From assembly GCA_965229935.1 (NCBI GenBank), contig CBDDKB010000002.1, positions 1,283 through 65,282 of the forward strand: DNA of 64,000 nt. Reading direction: 5' to 3'. The DNA comes from Alphaproteobacteria bacterium (GTDB lineage: Bacteria; Pseudomonadota; Alphaproteobacteria; SPJN01). Shown piece by piece: positions 46,693 through 57,925 of the stretch. Each line of letters starts with the position of its first letter. Within the stretch, counting starts at the first letter, position 1. Both the position numbers and the translations under genes were made by a program. The notes beneath the pieces are model-generated. The model worked only from the letters and a program-made list of their open reading frames with translations. It did not search any database and was not told where the DNA came from.

Positions 46693-48024
46693 ATGGATCA
46701 TTCAAATCACAGTAAAGAGACACAGTATCGAAAAAATAGTCTCAGTCTAGTTGGAGCCGTCTCTATGGGGACTGCTGTAATTATAGGCGCGGGCATTTTC
46801 GCGCTAACCGGTCAGATTGCAGAGCTTAGCGGACAGTTTTTTCCTGCCGTATTTTTGGTGGCAGCAGTGGTGACCGCCTTTAGCGCCTATTCATATGTGA
46901 AAATGTCCAATGCTTTCCCATCAGCCGGTGGCATAGCCATGTTTTTGGAGAAGGCCTATGGCAAGGGGGCTATCACCGCTGCCTCCGGTTTGTTGATGTA
47001 TTTTTCAATGGTCATTAACGAGAGCCTGGTGGCGCGGACTTTTGGCACCTACACATTGCAACTCTTCGACCAAGGACAGGATAGCTGGCTTGTTCCGGCG
47101 CTTGGGGTTGGCCTCTTAGCTTTTGCATTCATGATTAATATCTCTGGCAACCGGACGATTGGAACATTCTCGCTTGTGATGTCATTTCTCAAAATCGCAG
47201 GGATAGCCGCCTTTGGCATTGCCGGTTTATGGGCCTCCGGTGCCTCATTCGAAAGCCCTAGCGGCGTTGCCGGTGATGGCGGAAGCGCGATGGGCTTTGT
47301 GGCATCAGTGGCGTTAGCCATTCTGGCCTATAAGGGTTTTACGACCATTACGAATAGTGGGTCAGAAATTGTTGACCCACATCGGAACGTCGGCCGGGCA
47401 ATCATTTGGTCCATTGGGATATGTGTTGTTGTCTATTTCCTGGTTGCCATGGCGGTGGCGATGAATCTATCGCTGCCGCAAATTATCGCCGCGAAGAACT
47501 TTGCTTTGGCTGAGGCAGCGCGTCCAGCGTTTGGAGATTTTGGCCTGCGCTTTACTGTAGTGCTCGCCATTTTGGCGACCGTCTCAGGTGTCATTGCCAG
47601 CGCATTTGCAGTTTCACGTATGCTTGCAATGCTGACCGATATGAAACTGGTGCCGCATCGCCATTTTGGTATGCCGGGGGTAATCCAAACGCATACTCTC
47701 GTTTATACAATTGGGTTAGCTATGGTGCTGACGATCTTTTTTGATTTGAGCCGCATCGCATCACTGGGAGCAATATTTTACCTAGTGATGGACATTGCAG
47801 TGCATTGGGGCGTGTTTCGATATTTGCGGCACAAAATCAACGCCAATGCCTTTATCTTGCTCACCGCGATCACCTTTGATGTGGTGGTCTTGGGGGCCTT
47901 TTTGTGGATGAAGGCTCAAGCTGACATATTGGTTGTCTACATTTCCATTGCGGCAATTCTTTTTGTCTTCCTCGGCGAACGGTTCTATTTGCGCAAGTAC
48001 TACCGAGAGGGAGAAAGCTTATGA
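46693..48024 (+). CDS. APC family permease
   Basis: IIGAGIF, PSAGG, AYKGF, SRML; about 12 TMs. Confidence 0.88.
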   Translation: MDHSNHSKETQYRKNSLSLVGAVSMGTAVIIGAGIFALTGQIAELSGQFFPAVFLVAAVVTAFSAYSYVKMSNAFPSAGGIAMFLEKAYGKGAITAASGLLMYFSMVINESLVARTFGTYTLQLFDQGQDSWLVPALGVGLLAFAFMINISGNRTIGTFSLVMSFLKIAGIAAFGIAGLWASGASFESPSGVAGDGGSAMGFVASVALAILAYKGFTTITNSGSEIVDPHRNVGRAIIWSIGICVVVYFLVAMAVAMNLSLPQIIAAKNFALAEAARPAFGDFGLRFTVVLAILATVSGVIASAFAVSRMLAMLTDMKLVPHRHFGMPGVIQTHTLVYTIGLAMVLTIFFDLSRIASLGAIFYLVMDIAVHWGVFRYLRHKINANAFILLTAITFDVVVLGAFLWMKAQADILVVYISIAAILFVFLGERFYLRKYYREGESL

Positions 48025-48088
48025 CGGGGTTTTATATAGCCACATACAACCATTGCCGTGACAGCAACTCTGGACAGGAGAATTAGAT

Positions 48089-50344
48089 ATGACTTCACAT
48101 GATCACCACGCATCTGACTCTGAAAATCATTCAGATTGTGCGCACCATGGACATCACGACAATGCCGATGGTCCCCCCGTAAAAGGGGGGAAATACGATG
48201 AAGTGCCCGAAGGGTTTACGGGCACTGTGTACACCTGTCCCATGCACCCGGAGGTCCGCAAACCAGAACCGGGGTCATGTCCCCTCTGTGGAATGGGGCT
48301 TGAAGTTGAGGCAGTTTCTGTTGCCGATGATGAGGGGCCGAACCCGGAGTTAGTCGATTTTACACGGCGGTTCTGGGTTGGGGTTGTCCTTACCGTTCCG
48401 CTTCTAGTACTTTCAATGTCACCCTTCATTGGCATTCATGGTATTCGCGAATTTTTGGGGGAACGCACAACTCTTTGGATTGAGTTCGTGTTGGGGACGC
48501 CGGCTATTTTATGGGTCGGCTGGCCGTTTATGGAACGCGGGTATCAGTCTTTTCGGACGATGAATCTAAACATGTTCAGCCTCATCGCTATGGGCACGGG
48601 GGCAGCCTATGTCTTTAGCGTTGCGGCTGTGCTGGTGCCGGAGATATTCCCGTCAGGATTCCGGGATGCAGATGGCAATGTGGGGGTTTATTTTGAGGCA
48701 GGCGCGGTGATTGTGACCTTAGTTCTTTTGGGGCAAGTCATGGAGTTACGGGCGCGTGAGCGTACCGGCTCAGCCATTAGGTCTTTGCTGGATATGGCGG
48801 CTAAGACCGCGCGTGTGATTCGTGACGATGATACCGAAGAAGAAGTTCCTCTGGAGGACGTGCAAGTCGGCGACAAGGTGCGAGTACGCCCCGGCGAGAA
48901 AGTACCTGTGGATGGCGCAGTAATTGAGGGACGTTCTGCTGTCGATGAATCGATGATTTCGGGCGAACCAGTGCCAGTGGAAAAGGTGGTTGGGGACCCG
49001 GTGACAGGGGCGACCATCAATGGTACCGGCAGCCTTATCATTGAAGCGACGCGTGTTGGGGCCGATACGATGCTGTCGCAGATTGTGGAAATGGTGGCGA
49101 ACGCACAAAGGTCGCGTGCACCCATCCAAAAGTATGCGGATATGGTGGCTGGGTATTTTGTCCCCGTTGTTATTTTGGTTGCGATGGCTTCTTTTGTCGT
49201 ATGGGCGATTTGGGGTCCTGATCCCGCTTTGTCGTACGGGCTTGTAGCAGCCGTGGCGGTTTTGATTATCGCATGCCCTTGCGCATTAGGATTGGCGACG
49301 CCGATGTCGATTATGACGGCTACCGGGCGTGGTGCGCAAGCCGGGGTATTGATCAAGAATGCTGAATCGCTAGAGCGGTTTGAGAAGGTCGAGATTCTTA
49401 TGGTGGATAAGACGGGCACCTTGACTGAGGGCAAGCCCAAACTAATCGCTGTGTTGCCCGAGCAAGGCCATGATGAAGCACAAGTTTTGCGGCTGGCCGC
49501 TTCACTTGAACGGGGGTCTGAGCATCCGTTGGCCGAAGCGATTGTGAAAGGGGCAGAAGAGCGCGGCGTGGATATGGCTGATGCAACTGACTTTGAAGCG
49601 ATTACCGGCAAAGGCGTGAAGGGTGTGGTAGATGGCCATGCTGTGGCGCTAGGGAATGCGCGACTGATATCCGATATGGGTTTGGATAGCGGCCCTTTGG
49701 TTGATACGGCGAACGCGCGGCGGGATGAAGGTGAAACCGTCATGTTCGTTGTTCTGGATGGTGCCATTTCAGGATTGGTCAGTGTTGCCGATCCGGTTAA
49801 GGAAACAACGCCTGCGGCCCTAAAGGCACTCCATGAGCTGGGGTTCCGGATCATCATGGCGACGGGCGACAATGAACGGACAGCGAAGGCGGTGGCAGGG
49901 CGGCTTGGTATTGATGAAATTCGGGCGGATGTTCTACCTGAAGACAAATCCCGGATCATCAAAGAGCTCCAAGATCAAGGCTTTAAGGTCGCGATGGCAG
50001 GCGATGGGGTGAATGATGCACCAGCCCTTGCGCAAGCAGATGTAGGTATCGCTATGGGAACGGGAGCGGATGTAGCAATTGAAAGTGCGGGCTTTACTCT
50101 GGTTAAGGGTAATTTGGATGGCATTGTAAGGGCGCGTCGGCTCTCCCAAGCAACCATGCGGAACATCCGGCAAAACCTGTTCTTTGCTCTCGTCTACAAT
50201 GCCAGTGGTGTCCCGGTTGCTGCAGGCTTGCTGTTTCCGTTTTTTGGCATTTTGATCAATCCGATGTTTGCGGCCTTCGCCATGAGTGCGTCTTCTATAT
50301 CCGTTGTTCTTAATGCTCTTAGGTTAAGAAGCGCTCAGGTGTAG
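48089..50344 (+). CDS. Cu(I)/Ag(I)-translocating P1B-type ATPase
   Basis: YTCPMHP metal-binding domain, [22 protein letters not shown] and MSASS. Confidence 0.95.
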   Translation: MTSHDHHASDSENHSDCAHHGHHDNADGPPVKGGKYDEVPEGFTGTVYTCPMHPEVRKPEPGSCPLCGMGLEVEAVSVADDEGPNPELVDFTRRFWVGVVLTVPLLVLSMSPFIGIHGIREFLGERTTLWIEFVLGTPAILWVGWPFMERGYQSFRTMNLNMFSLIAMGTGAAYVFSVAAVLVPEIFPSGFRDADGNVGVYFEAGAVIVTLVLLGQVMELRARERTGSAIRSLLDMAAKTARVIRDDDTEEEVPLEDVQVGDKVRVRPGEKVPVDGAVIEGRSAVDESMISGEPVPVEKVVGDPVTGATINGTGSLIIEATRVGADTMLSQIVEMVANAQRSRAPIQKYADMVAGYFVPVVILVAMASFVVWAIWGPDPALSYGLVAAVAVLIIACPCALGLATPMSIMTATGRGAQAGVLIKNAESLERFEKVEILMVDKTGTLTEGKPKLIAVLPEQGHDEAQVLRLAASLERGSEHPLAEAIVKGAEERGVDMADATDFEAITGKGVKGVVDGHAVALGNARLISDMGLDSGPLVDTANARRDEGETVMFVVLDGAISGLVSVADPVKETTPAALKALHELGFRIIMATGDNERTAKAVAGRLGIDEIRADVLPEDKSRIIKELQDQGFKVAMAGDGVNDAPALAQADVGIAMGTGADVAIESAGFTLVKGNLDGIVRARRLSQATMRNIRQNLFFALVYNASGVPVAAGLLFPFFGILINPMFAAFAMSASSISVVLNALRLRSAQV

Positions 50345-50378
50345 CGGCATTTTGTATGGCTGAAGAAGGAGTGGGACA

Positions 50379-51038
50379 GTGACAAGTCAAGATAAAGACT
50401 ATGTGCCGGTACTGAGATACCGGTTCTTAACACCTTTATATGACGCTGCTATTGCCCTCCTGACGCGGGAGGGGGCTTGGCGGCAATCAGTTCTGAAAGC
50501 CTTAGACCTGCAATCGGGTGAGCGAATATTGGACATTGGTTGTGGCACGGGTTCTTTGCTGTCCTTGATCCATCAACACCAGCCTTATGCGCAATTGTTC
50601 GGGATCGATCCCGATCCCCAAATTATTGCACGGGCCAAAGAAAAGCTGGATGCGTCGGGTGACATCGAACTTATCAACGATATGGGGGATGCTTTAGGGC
50701 AATATTTTGATCCTGAAAGTCTTGATGTGGTTGTTGTTACACTTGTTCTCCATCAAGTGCCGGTAGCCGGAAAAGAAGCCATCATCAAGGCGGCGTTCAA
50801 AGCGCTCAAACCAGGCGGAAGGCTAATGATTGGCGATTATGCCGTTCAGCCGAATTGGCTCATGAAACAATGCTTCAAAATTATTCAGATGCTCGATGGC
50901 TATGAGCTAACACAGCCCAATGCGGATGGGATTTTGACTGAGCTTGCCATCAGTTCCGGCTTTTCGGAGATAAGCGTCACAGAGGTTATCCATACGCCAA
51001 CGGGGGCAATTTCTGTGGTGAGATGTTTGAAGCAATAA
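50379..51038 (+). CDS. Class I SAM-dependent methyltransferase
   Basis: ILDIGCGTG, GIDP, LKPGG. Confidence 0.88.
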   Translation: MTSQDKDYVPVLRYRFLTPLYDAAIALLTREGAWRQSVLKALDLQSGERILDIGCGTGSLLSLIHQHQPYAQLFGIDPDPQIIARAKEKLDASGDIELINDMGDALGQYFDPESLDVVVVTLVLHQVPVAGKEAIIKAAFKALKPGGRLMIGDYAVQPNWLMKQCFKIIQMLDGYELTQPNADGILTELAISSGFSEISVTEVIHTPTGAISVVRCLKQ

Positions 51039-51114
51039 GGTTATGGGCGGCGCTCCGAAGTATATCTATTGGCGTGTCGCCCTTTTTGGCCGTATCTCAG
51101 CGAGGGGCACAGTT

Positions 51115-51537
51115 TCATATAACGCTCACGGTAACGGCACAGGCGATAACCAAGATCCACAAAATGGTGCGTCTGCGCACATCTCGCCAAACACTGTAAT
51201 CTGCAAGCAATCCGCTTAAATCATCCGGAATAGGCATTGGCCTCGTTGCAGATACGTTAGCACCGCCCGTGTTGCCCTTTGGTACCCAGCCAAAAAGAAA
51301 GCCGGGAATGACGGCTATCAACCTAATGATCTGTCCCATGATTTCACGGCTATCGCCGCGTCTAACGCCGATTTTCAGCATCCACCAGTGGGACAGCCAG
51401 TGAGCTGCGAAAAACTGCTGCCCTATAATATGCGCGCGTTCCAGGTGCGCAAAAGCCGGATCAAATCTCGCTTCATCATAGGCCTGCCTTGCTGCGTACA
51501 TCTCATCTTGGAAGTCGGCTTTGAGAGGGGATGTCAT
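51115..51537 (-). CDS. DUF3703-like protein
   Basis: HLERAHIIGQ...H..SHW.ML...GNTGGANVS..PMPIPDDL. Confidence 0.75.
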   Translation of the reverse strand: MTSPLKADFQDEMYAARQAYDEARFDPAFAHLERAHIIGQQFFAAHWLSHWWMLKIGVRRGDSREIMGQIIRLIAVIPGFLFGWVPKGNTGGANVSATRPMPIPDDLSGLLADYSVWRDVRRRTILWILVIACAVTVSVI

Positions 51538-51638
51538 TTTAGGCCCTTACTGGTCTTGGTCGTTGTCTCCAAATGAAGCATATTATCAGCTTTCACCTTT
51601 GCATAGCATTTGGCGCTAGGATGGTGTAGAATATAGTT

Positions 51639-52025
51639 ATGAAATCGATTCTGACGTCATTGGTGATGCTTGTGATGCTCACGCCGGGCTTGGCGTGCGC
51701 AAAGACCATGTGCGCCAATATGGACGCAATGGTCGCACAAGCGGAAGATGTGCCGTGCCATGGCGAAATGCCTGAAATGGACAGTGATCCGGCGATGATG
51801 ATCACCATCGATTGCGCCAAGGTTGATATGGTCGCGGCCGATCCATTGCCGATAATTAAAGCTCCGACAGATACGGTGCAGATTGACTTAGCCATTTGGG
51901 TCGCCGAACAGGTCCATGGCTTGCGGATAGTAGATGCCCGCTATATTCGCGGTCCGCCTGATAAGGGCTTTTCGCAGTCTACCTACCCTCCGATCTTTCT
52001 GAACACACAGCGCATACGCATATAA
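51639..52025 (+). CDS. Leader-type protein upstream of cusBAC with RGPP motif
   Basis: Signal peptide, Met/Cys-rich (PCHGEM), IRGPP, ends TQRIRI. Confidence 0.65.
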   Translation: MKSILTSLVMLVMLTPGLACAKTMCANMDAMVAQAEDVPCHGEMPEMDSDPAMMITIDCAKVDMVAADPLPIIKAPTDTVQIDLAIWVAEQVHGLRIVDARYIRGPPDKGFSQSTYPPIFLNTQRIRI

Positions 52026-52072
52026 GCCGCCTCTTTCTTTGACGCTTAACGCCAAAAGAAAGGAGCATTGCT

Positions 52073-53284
52073 ATGCGCGTATTATTGTTTGTTGTTGCGC
52101 TGTTTGCCTTTGTGCCAGCAGCTTATTCCGAAGAAATCTATATTTGCCCCATGCACCCTCATATTGAGGGGGAGGCGGGGGATACTTGCCCGATTTGCGG
52201 CATGACACTTGTGCCCAAAGTTGTCGATACATCTCCAATGGATGGTATGGACATGGGGTCTGGGGAGCAGATGAGCGGGATGGTGTCCATCACCCCGCAA
52301 TTCATTCAGGCCTTGGGTGTCAAAACAGCCGAAGTGAAGAAAGTTCCCTTTGGCAGGAACATAAAGGCTTTTGGCGAGATTGTTCCCAGCAGCCGCAATC
52401 AAACTGTGGTGAACATGAGAGCGCCGGGCTGGATCGTCAATCTCGCAACCGATGCCGTGGGCGATACGGTTGCCAAAGGCGATTTGCTCTTTACCTATTA
52501 CAGCCCTGAGATCATGAGCGCGCAGTCAGATTATCTGATTGGTAAACGTGGCGGCGTGCCGGTTGAGAACCTTGAACGTCGCTTGCGCCTATACGGCATG
52601 GATGAAAAGGCGATTGCAGCCTTCAAGGCGGCGGGTGCAATGATGGAGGAAACCCCGTTTTATGCGCCGGTAACGGGCACGGTTGTGTCACTGAACGTGA
52701 GTGAAGGAAGCTACCTGAAGCCGGGTGAACAGGCCCTTGCCATGCAGGATTTCTCTCAAGTGTGGGTGAATGCCGATGTGCCGGTGCGGGGCGTGCAGTT
52801 CTTACGCGAAGGCCAAAGGGCGATGGTTCATGTGCCGGAAACCGGCAAGAGTTATGAAAGCACTGTCGACTTTATTCATCATGTGGCCGACCTTGAAACC
52901 AGAACAGCGACGGTTCGATTGGAGCTACCGCATAGTCACGGCGAGCCTAAGCCGGGTTATCTGGTTGATGTGGCATTCAAGACTGATTCTGCGGAGCGAT
53001 TGGCCGTGCCAGCAGAGGCCGTGCTGTATGGAGGTTCCGGTGCGCGCCTGATCAAAAGTCTGGGTGATGGACAGTTCCTACCCATTGATGTGGAAGTGGG
53101 GATCACCGCAGGCGGCATGACGGAAATCCTGTCAGGTGTTCAAGAAGGCGATGCCATCGTCCGGTCGGGCCAGTTCATGATTGATGCGGAAAGTAATCTG
53201 CGCGGCGGTATGGCCAATATGGGCGGTATGGATATGGAAGGCGATAGCTCTTCCATGGAAATGGAGGGTGATCATGTCCATTGA
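52073..53284 (+). CDS. cusB: CusB/SilB-type periplasmic adaptor
   Basis: YICPMHP..CPICGM, YSPEIMSAQ, SGQFMIDAES. Confidence 0.85.
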   Translation: MRVLLFVVALFAFVPAAYSEEIYICPMHPHIEGEAGDTCPICGMTLVPKVVDTSPMDGMDMGSGEQMSGMVSITPQFIQALGVKTAEVKKVPFGRNIKAFGEIVPSSRNQTVVNMRAPGWIVNLATDAVGDTVAKGDLLFTYYSPEIMSAQSDYLIGKRGGVPVENLERRLRLYGMDEKAIAAFKAAGAMMEETPFYAPVTGTVVSLNVSEGSYLKPGEQALAMQDFSQVWVNADVPVRGVQFLREGQRAMVHVPETGKSYESTVDFIHHVADLETRTATVRLELPHSHGEPKPGYLVDVAFKTDSAERLAVPAEAVLYGGSGARLIKSLGDGQFLPIDVEVGITAGGMTEILSGVQEGDAIVRSGQFMIDAESNLRGGMANMGGMDMEGDSSSMEMEGDHVH

Positions 53285-56200
53285 AGCCCACGATCCTTCC
53301 AAAAGTGTTGTCGCCAGGATCATTGAATGGTCTGTCCATAATCAGTTTCTGGTGTTGCTCGCGGCAATAGTGCTGCTGGCTGCCGGTTTCCTGTCAGTGT
53401 CTCGCACACCGCTTGATGCCATTCCTGATTTGTCAGACACGCAGGTTATCATCAAAACCGAATGGCCGGGGCAAGCCCCGCAAGTTATCGAAGATCAGGT
53501 GACGTTCCCGCTGGCAAGCCAGATGCTGAGCTTACCCCGCACCAAAGATGTGCGCGGCTTTTCCATGTTCGGTACATCCTTTCTTTATGTTGTCTTCGAG
53601 GATGGCGTTGACATGTATTGGGCGCGCAGCCGCGTGCTGGAATCCCTGTCGCAAATTTCTTCCCAGCTTCCGCAAGGTGCGCGGCCCCAGCTTGGCCCCG
53701 ATGCCACAGGCGTCGGCTGGGTATTTCAGTATGCCCTATATGACCGGACCGGCGGCCATGATTTGCAGGAACTTCGTAGCTTACAAGACTGGTTTGTCCG
53801 ATATGAACTCGCCACTGTTGATGGTGTGGCGGAGGTCGCCAGTGTGGGCGGCTTTGTCAAAGAATATCAGGTGCTCGTTGATCCGGTTAAGCTGCGCGCC
53901 TACGACCTGCCGATGACAGCGGTGATCGCCGGGGTGCGCAGCGCCAATCAGGAAACGGGCGGACGTACCCTTGAAATGGCGGAGACCGAATATCTGATCC
54001 GTTCATTCGGCTATGTCGGAACGCCCGCTGACCTGGAAGCTGTCGTGCTGAAAGCACATAACGGCACGCCGGTAACATTGGGTGATGTGGCGCGCATTAT
54101 TGAAGGTCCGGCCATTCGGCGCGGGATCACAGAACTAAACGGTGTGGGTGAAGCGGTGGGCGGCATTGTGGTTATGCGCCCCGGTGCCAATGCCATGACG
54201 GTGATTGAAGGGGTGAAAGACCGCCTTGAGTCTGTACGCCAAGGCCTGCCTGCTGGCGTTGAGCTGAAGGTCGTTTACGACCGCAGCCAGCTTATTGAAG
54301 GATCGGTTGACTATCTTACCGAAAAACTCATCGAGGAAAGTCTTGTCGTTATACTCATTACTTTCCTATTTTTGCTTCACGCCCGCAGTGCCTTTGTCGC
54401 GGTGATTACATTGCCGCTCGGCATATTGGCGGCCTTCATCGTAATGTCTGCCCAAGGCATTACAGCAAACATCATGTCTTTAGGCGGTATTGCCATTGCT
54501 ATTGGGGCAATGGTCGATGCTTCCATTGTGATGGTGGAAAATGCCCATAGAAAGCTTGGTCAGCTCGATGATGCGACGGACAAGAAAAAGCGCAGGCAGG
54601 CGCTGATCGCCGCCGCCAAAGAAGTGGGGCCAGGTCTATTCTTTAGCTTGCTGATTATCACGGTTTCTTTTGTGCCGGTCTTTGCTCTAACAGGGCAATC
54701 ATCACGTTTGTTTGCGCCGCTCGCCTTTACCAAAACCTATGCCATGGCCGCCGCCAGCATTTTGTCGGTCACCGTTGTTCCGGTTCTGATGCTATGGCTC
54801 ATTCGCGGGAAGATACGAGCGGAACAGAAAAATCCAGTCAATCGGCTGTTTCTTGCGCTTTATAAGCCGGTGCTCAATGCAGCACTTAAGTTCAGGAAAA
54901 TCACGCTTGCCATCGGGCTCATCGCTTTGGTCAGCACGGCTTATCCCGTTTCCAAAATGGGATCAGAGTTTATGCCGCCGCTCTATGAAGGGGGCATTCT
55001 TTATATGCCGATGACCTTACCGGGGGTTTCTACCGCCAAAGCGCGGGAGATTTTGCAGGTCACAAACCGGCAACTTATGACGGTGCCAGAGGTGAAACAC
55101 GCCTTTGGTAAGGCGGGGCGTTCTAATTCTGCTACCGACCCGGCCCCGCTTTTGATGATCGAAACCTGGGTTGAACTCAGGCCGCGTGATGAATGGCGGG
55201 AAGGGCTAACGCCTGAGAAGCTGATTGCGGAGATGGATCAGCGGGTCCGACTGCCCGGCATGATGAATAGTTGGAATTACCCCATCAAAACCCGCATCGA
55301 AATGCTGACGACCGGGATCAGAACGCCGGTTGGCATTAAAATATCAGGCCCCGACCTTACCAAGATCGATCAGGTGGCGCGGCAGGTTGAAGAACTTGCG
55401 CGAACGGTTCCTGGTACGCGCAGCGCCATTGCTGACCGTGTGCAAGGCGCAAAACATATTGAGATTGTTCCTGACCGCCGTGCGTTGGCGCGTTATGGCG
55501 TATCCATAGGCACTTTCCAGATGATCGTGCAAACAGCGCTTGGCGGCACGATGCTGGATGAAGCAATCGAAGGCCGGGAGCGCTATCCCATCATGGTCCG
55601 GTATGACAGGCCGGATAGAGAGCATCTGGTGGATTTAGATAATATTCTGGTGCCTAGTACAGAAGGTTTGCAAGTGCCGATGGCTGACATTGCGGAAATT
55701 CGTGTGGCAGATGGACCAGCCATGATCCGCTCTGAAGATGCGCGGCTTAACGGCTTTGTGTTTGTGGATATCAAGGACCGCGATTTGGGTTCTTATATTG
55801 CTGACTTAAAAGAAACGCTCAAAGAGCTCGATCTGCCAGCCGGATACTCTCTGAAACTCTCCGGGCAGTTTGAGCAGTTGCAGCAGGCGAATGAACGGCT
55901 GGCGATTGCCATACCCGCTACACTGCTAATTATATTCACACTGCTTTACCTACATTTTGGCCGCTTTGATCGCACAGCCTTGATCCTTGCGTCACTGCCT
56001 TTTGGCATTATTGGTGGCTTCTGGTGGGTTTGGCTTGCCGGTTACAATATGTCGGTCGCTGTGGCTGTCGGCTTTATTGCGCTTGCCGGGATCGCCGTTG
56101 AAACAGCAATTATCATGCTGCTCTATATTGACCAGCAAATGCGCGAACATCCGCCAAAGATTTTCGATGGACTTGTACAAAATGTGCGGGACGGGGCGTT

Positions 56201-56432
56201 GCAGCGCCTGCGTCCCAAACTGATGACGGTCAGCGTGATCATACTGGGCCTCATTCCCATTTTTTTGAGTGAAGGGCCGGGCTCCGACGTCATGCGCCGG
56301 ATCGCCTTGCCTATGGTGGGCGGGATGGTCAGTACAACCGTGCTGACTCTCATTCTGCTGCCGGTTCTTTACGTTGTTTACATGCAATGGCGACTGCGTT
56401 TGCCCACTAGCACCGAAGGAGAAGGATCATGA
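53274..56432 (+). CDS. cusA: CusA/SilA Cu/Ag efflux RND transporter
   Basis: TPLDAIPDLSDTQVII, AIGAMVDASIVMVEN, EFMPPL..G..LYMP; GGAGG RBS before MSIEAH. Confidence 0.92.
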   Translation: MSIEAHDPSKSVVARIIEWSVHNQFLVLLAAIVLLAAGFLSVSRTPLDAIPDLSDTQVIIKTEWPGQAPQVIEDQVTFPLASQMLSLPRTKDVRGFSMFGTSFLYVVFEDGVDMYWARSRVLESLSQISSQLPQGARPQLGPDATGVGWVFQYALYDRTGGHDLQELRSLQDWFVRYELATVDGVAEVASVGGFVKEYQVLVDPVKLRAYDLPMTAVIAGVRSANQETGGRTLEMAETEYLIRSFGYVGTPADLEAVVLKAHNGTPVTLGDVARIIEGPAIRRGITELNGVGEAVGGIVVMRPGANAMTVIEGVKDRLESVRQGLPAGVELKVVYDRSQLIEGSVDYLTEKLIEESLVVILITFLFLLHARSAFVAVITLPLGILAAFIVMSAQGITANIMSLGGIAIAIGAMVDASIVMVENAHRKLGQLDDATDKKKRRQALIAAAKEVGPGLFFSLLIITVSFVPVFALTGQSSRLFAPLAFTKTYAMAAASILSVTVVPVLMLWLIRGKIRAEQKNPVNRLFLALYKPVLNAALKFRKITLAIGLIALVSTAYPVSKMGSEFMPPLYEGGILYMPMTLPGVSTAKAREILQVTNRQLMTVPEVKHAFGKAGRSNSATDPAPLLMIETWVELRPRDEWREGLTPEKLIAEMDQRVRLPGMMNSWNYPIKTRIEMLTTGIRTPVGIKISGPDLTKIDQVARQVEELARTVPGTRSAIADRVQGAKHIEIVPDRRALARYGVSIGTFQMIVQTALGGTMLDEAIEGRERYPIMVRYDRPDREHLVDLDNILVPSTEGLQVPMADIAEIRVADGPAMIRSEDARLNGFVFVDIKDRDLGSYIADLKETLKELDLPAGYSLKLSGQFEQLQQANERLAIAIPATLLIIFTLLYLHFGRFDRTALILASLPFGIIGGFWWVWLAGYNMSVAVAVGFIALAGIAVETAIIMLLYIDQQMREHPPKIFDGLVQNVRDGALQRLRPKLMTVSVIILGLIPIFLSEGPGSDVMRRIALPMVGGMVSTTVLTLILLPVLYVVYMQWRLRLPTSTEGEGS

Positions 56433-57847
56433 AGATGATGAAGCGATTTGGAAGTCTTCTGATCATCGGCGTGTTGACGGCTTGTTCGGTAACACCGGAC
56501 TATGCGCGCTCTCAAATAAGCGCTTCAGACTGGCGCGGTGATCTCACTGCCACCGAAGAGGTGCCACAGGAATGGTGGCGGCTTTATGGAGACAGCCAGC
56601 TTGATGATCTTGTAAGCCAAGGTTTGCAAAATAACCATTCCCTGAAGGCTTCGCTTGCCCGCATCGATCAGGCAAGGGCCGATCTGAAAATTGCTGGGGC
56701 TTCTCTGCTTCCGTCCGTGTCGCTCAGTGCGAGCGGGTCGAAACGTGCGGTCCTGGAAGATAGCGGCGACAGCCGACCATTCACTCTCACACCGCAGGGC
56801 GGCTTTGCCACGCGGGATTGGATCGCGGGCGCAGCAATATCCTATGAGCTTGATCTGTTTGGTAAAAACAGAGCGCGGCAGGAAACCTATGCGGCGCTGT
56901 TGAATGAAGAGCAGTATCAGTATGTGGCGTTGCGATTGGTTTTGACCGCCGAGATTGCGCGAACTTACTTTACCGCTTTGGCGCTCGCAGAACGTAGGAG
57001 CATAGCCGAACAGCTTCATGAAAATGCGCAAGCTGTGCTCGAAAGCCTGAATGCTGACTTGGCAACCGGGCGCGATGTTGCCCGGCAGTTTGCAGGACAG
57101 CGGGCCGTGATTGCCGAGAGAGCGACGACTGTCGCAGCAATATCATTGGCAGAGGCAAAGGCCAGAAACGCATTGGCGGTACTGGTAGGAGATACACCGC
57201 AAGACTTCGAGCTTGAAAGAGGTGCGTTGGCAAATGTGAAGATGCCGCCATTGGCCGTCTTGCAACCGGTTCAATTATTGGAACGGCGGCCCGATTTGAT
57301 GGCGGCAGAGGCCGTGTTGATTGCAGCAAATGCGGATATTGGGAGGGCAAAAGCCGCGCTCTATCCTTCGATCAATTTGGGGGCAGGTCTTGCGGCGGCA
57401 CAACCGATCATCGGCTCGCCGTCTGCCATAGCGGCTTTGATTGGCTCAATCACTGCGCCCCTGTTTGAAGGGGGCAGGCTACATGGCCAGCTAGATAAGG
57501 CGGAGGCGCGCAAACTGGAGTTGACGGAGCTATATATTCAGTCGGTTTTAGAGGCTTATGGGGAAGCCGAAGACAGTCTTGCGGCGGTCAAATGGATTGG
57601 CGTGCAAGCCCAACATCGGGCTGGCGGCAAGCAATCCAGATTGCAAACGCTTAAAATTGCCGAGCAGCAATTCGCGAATGGAACGATCTCCTATCGGGAT
57701 TTGTCGCGCGAAAGTGATGCGTTCTTACAAGCCCAAGACGGCCAGTTGATGACCACGCTTGCTGAGCTTGGCGCGTCTGTCGATCTGATCAAAGCGATGG
57801 GCGGCGGCTGGAAGCCATCTCAAGATAGCGGTGAGAGTGACGAATAG
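56429..57847 (+). CDS. Outer membrane factor lipoprotein (CusC/OprM-like)
   Basis: LTAC lipobox, YELDLFG, LLERRPDL, KAMGGGW. Confidence 0.88.
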   Translation: MKMMKRFGSLLIIGVLTACSVTPDYARSQISASDWRGDLTATEEVPQEWWRLYGDSQLDDLVSQGLQNNHSLKASLARIDQARADLKIAGASLLPSVSLSASGSKRAVLEDSGDSRPFTLTPQGGFATRDWIAGAAISYELDLFGKNRARQETYAALLNEEQYQYVALRLVLTAEIARTYFTALALAERRSIAEQLHENAQAVLESLNADLATGRDVARQFAGQRAVIAERATTVAAISLAEAKARNALAVLVGDTPQDFELERGALANVKMPPLAVLQPVQLLERRPDLMAAEAVLIAANADIGRAKAALYPSINLGAGLAAAQPIIGSPSAIAALIGSITAPLFEGGRLHGQLDKAEARKLELTELYIQSVLEAYGEAEDSLAAVKWIGVQAQHRAGGKQSRLQTLKIAEQQFANGTISYRDLSRESDAFLQAQDGQLMTTLAELGASVDLIKAMGGGWKPSQDSGESDE

Positions 57848-57876
57848 AATGTGTGAATGGAATCAAATCGAACGCC

Positions 57877-57908
57877 TTGACTCTGGACTATGGTCCATAG
57901 TTTAGGCT
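57877..57908 (+). promoter_or_regulatory. MerR-type promoter/operator
   Basis: TTGACT-20 bp-TAGGCT with dyad ACTCTGGAC-TATG-GTCCATAGT in the elongated spacer. Confidence 0.82.
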
Positions 57909-57925
57909 GAAAATAGGAGGTCGAA

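Noticed and set aside
48688-49962. 424-aa minus-strand ORF
   Set aside because: Ser/Thr/Pro-rich antisense shadow of the P1B ATPase.
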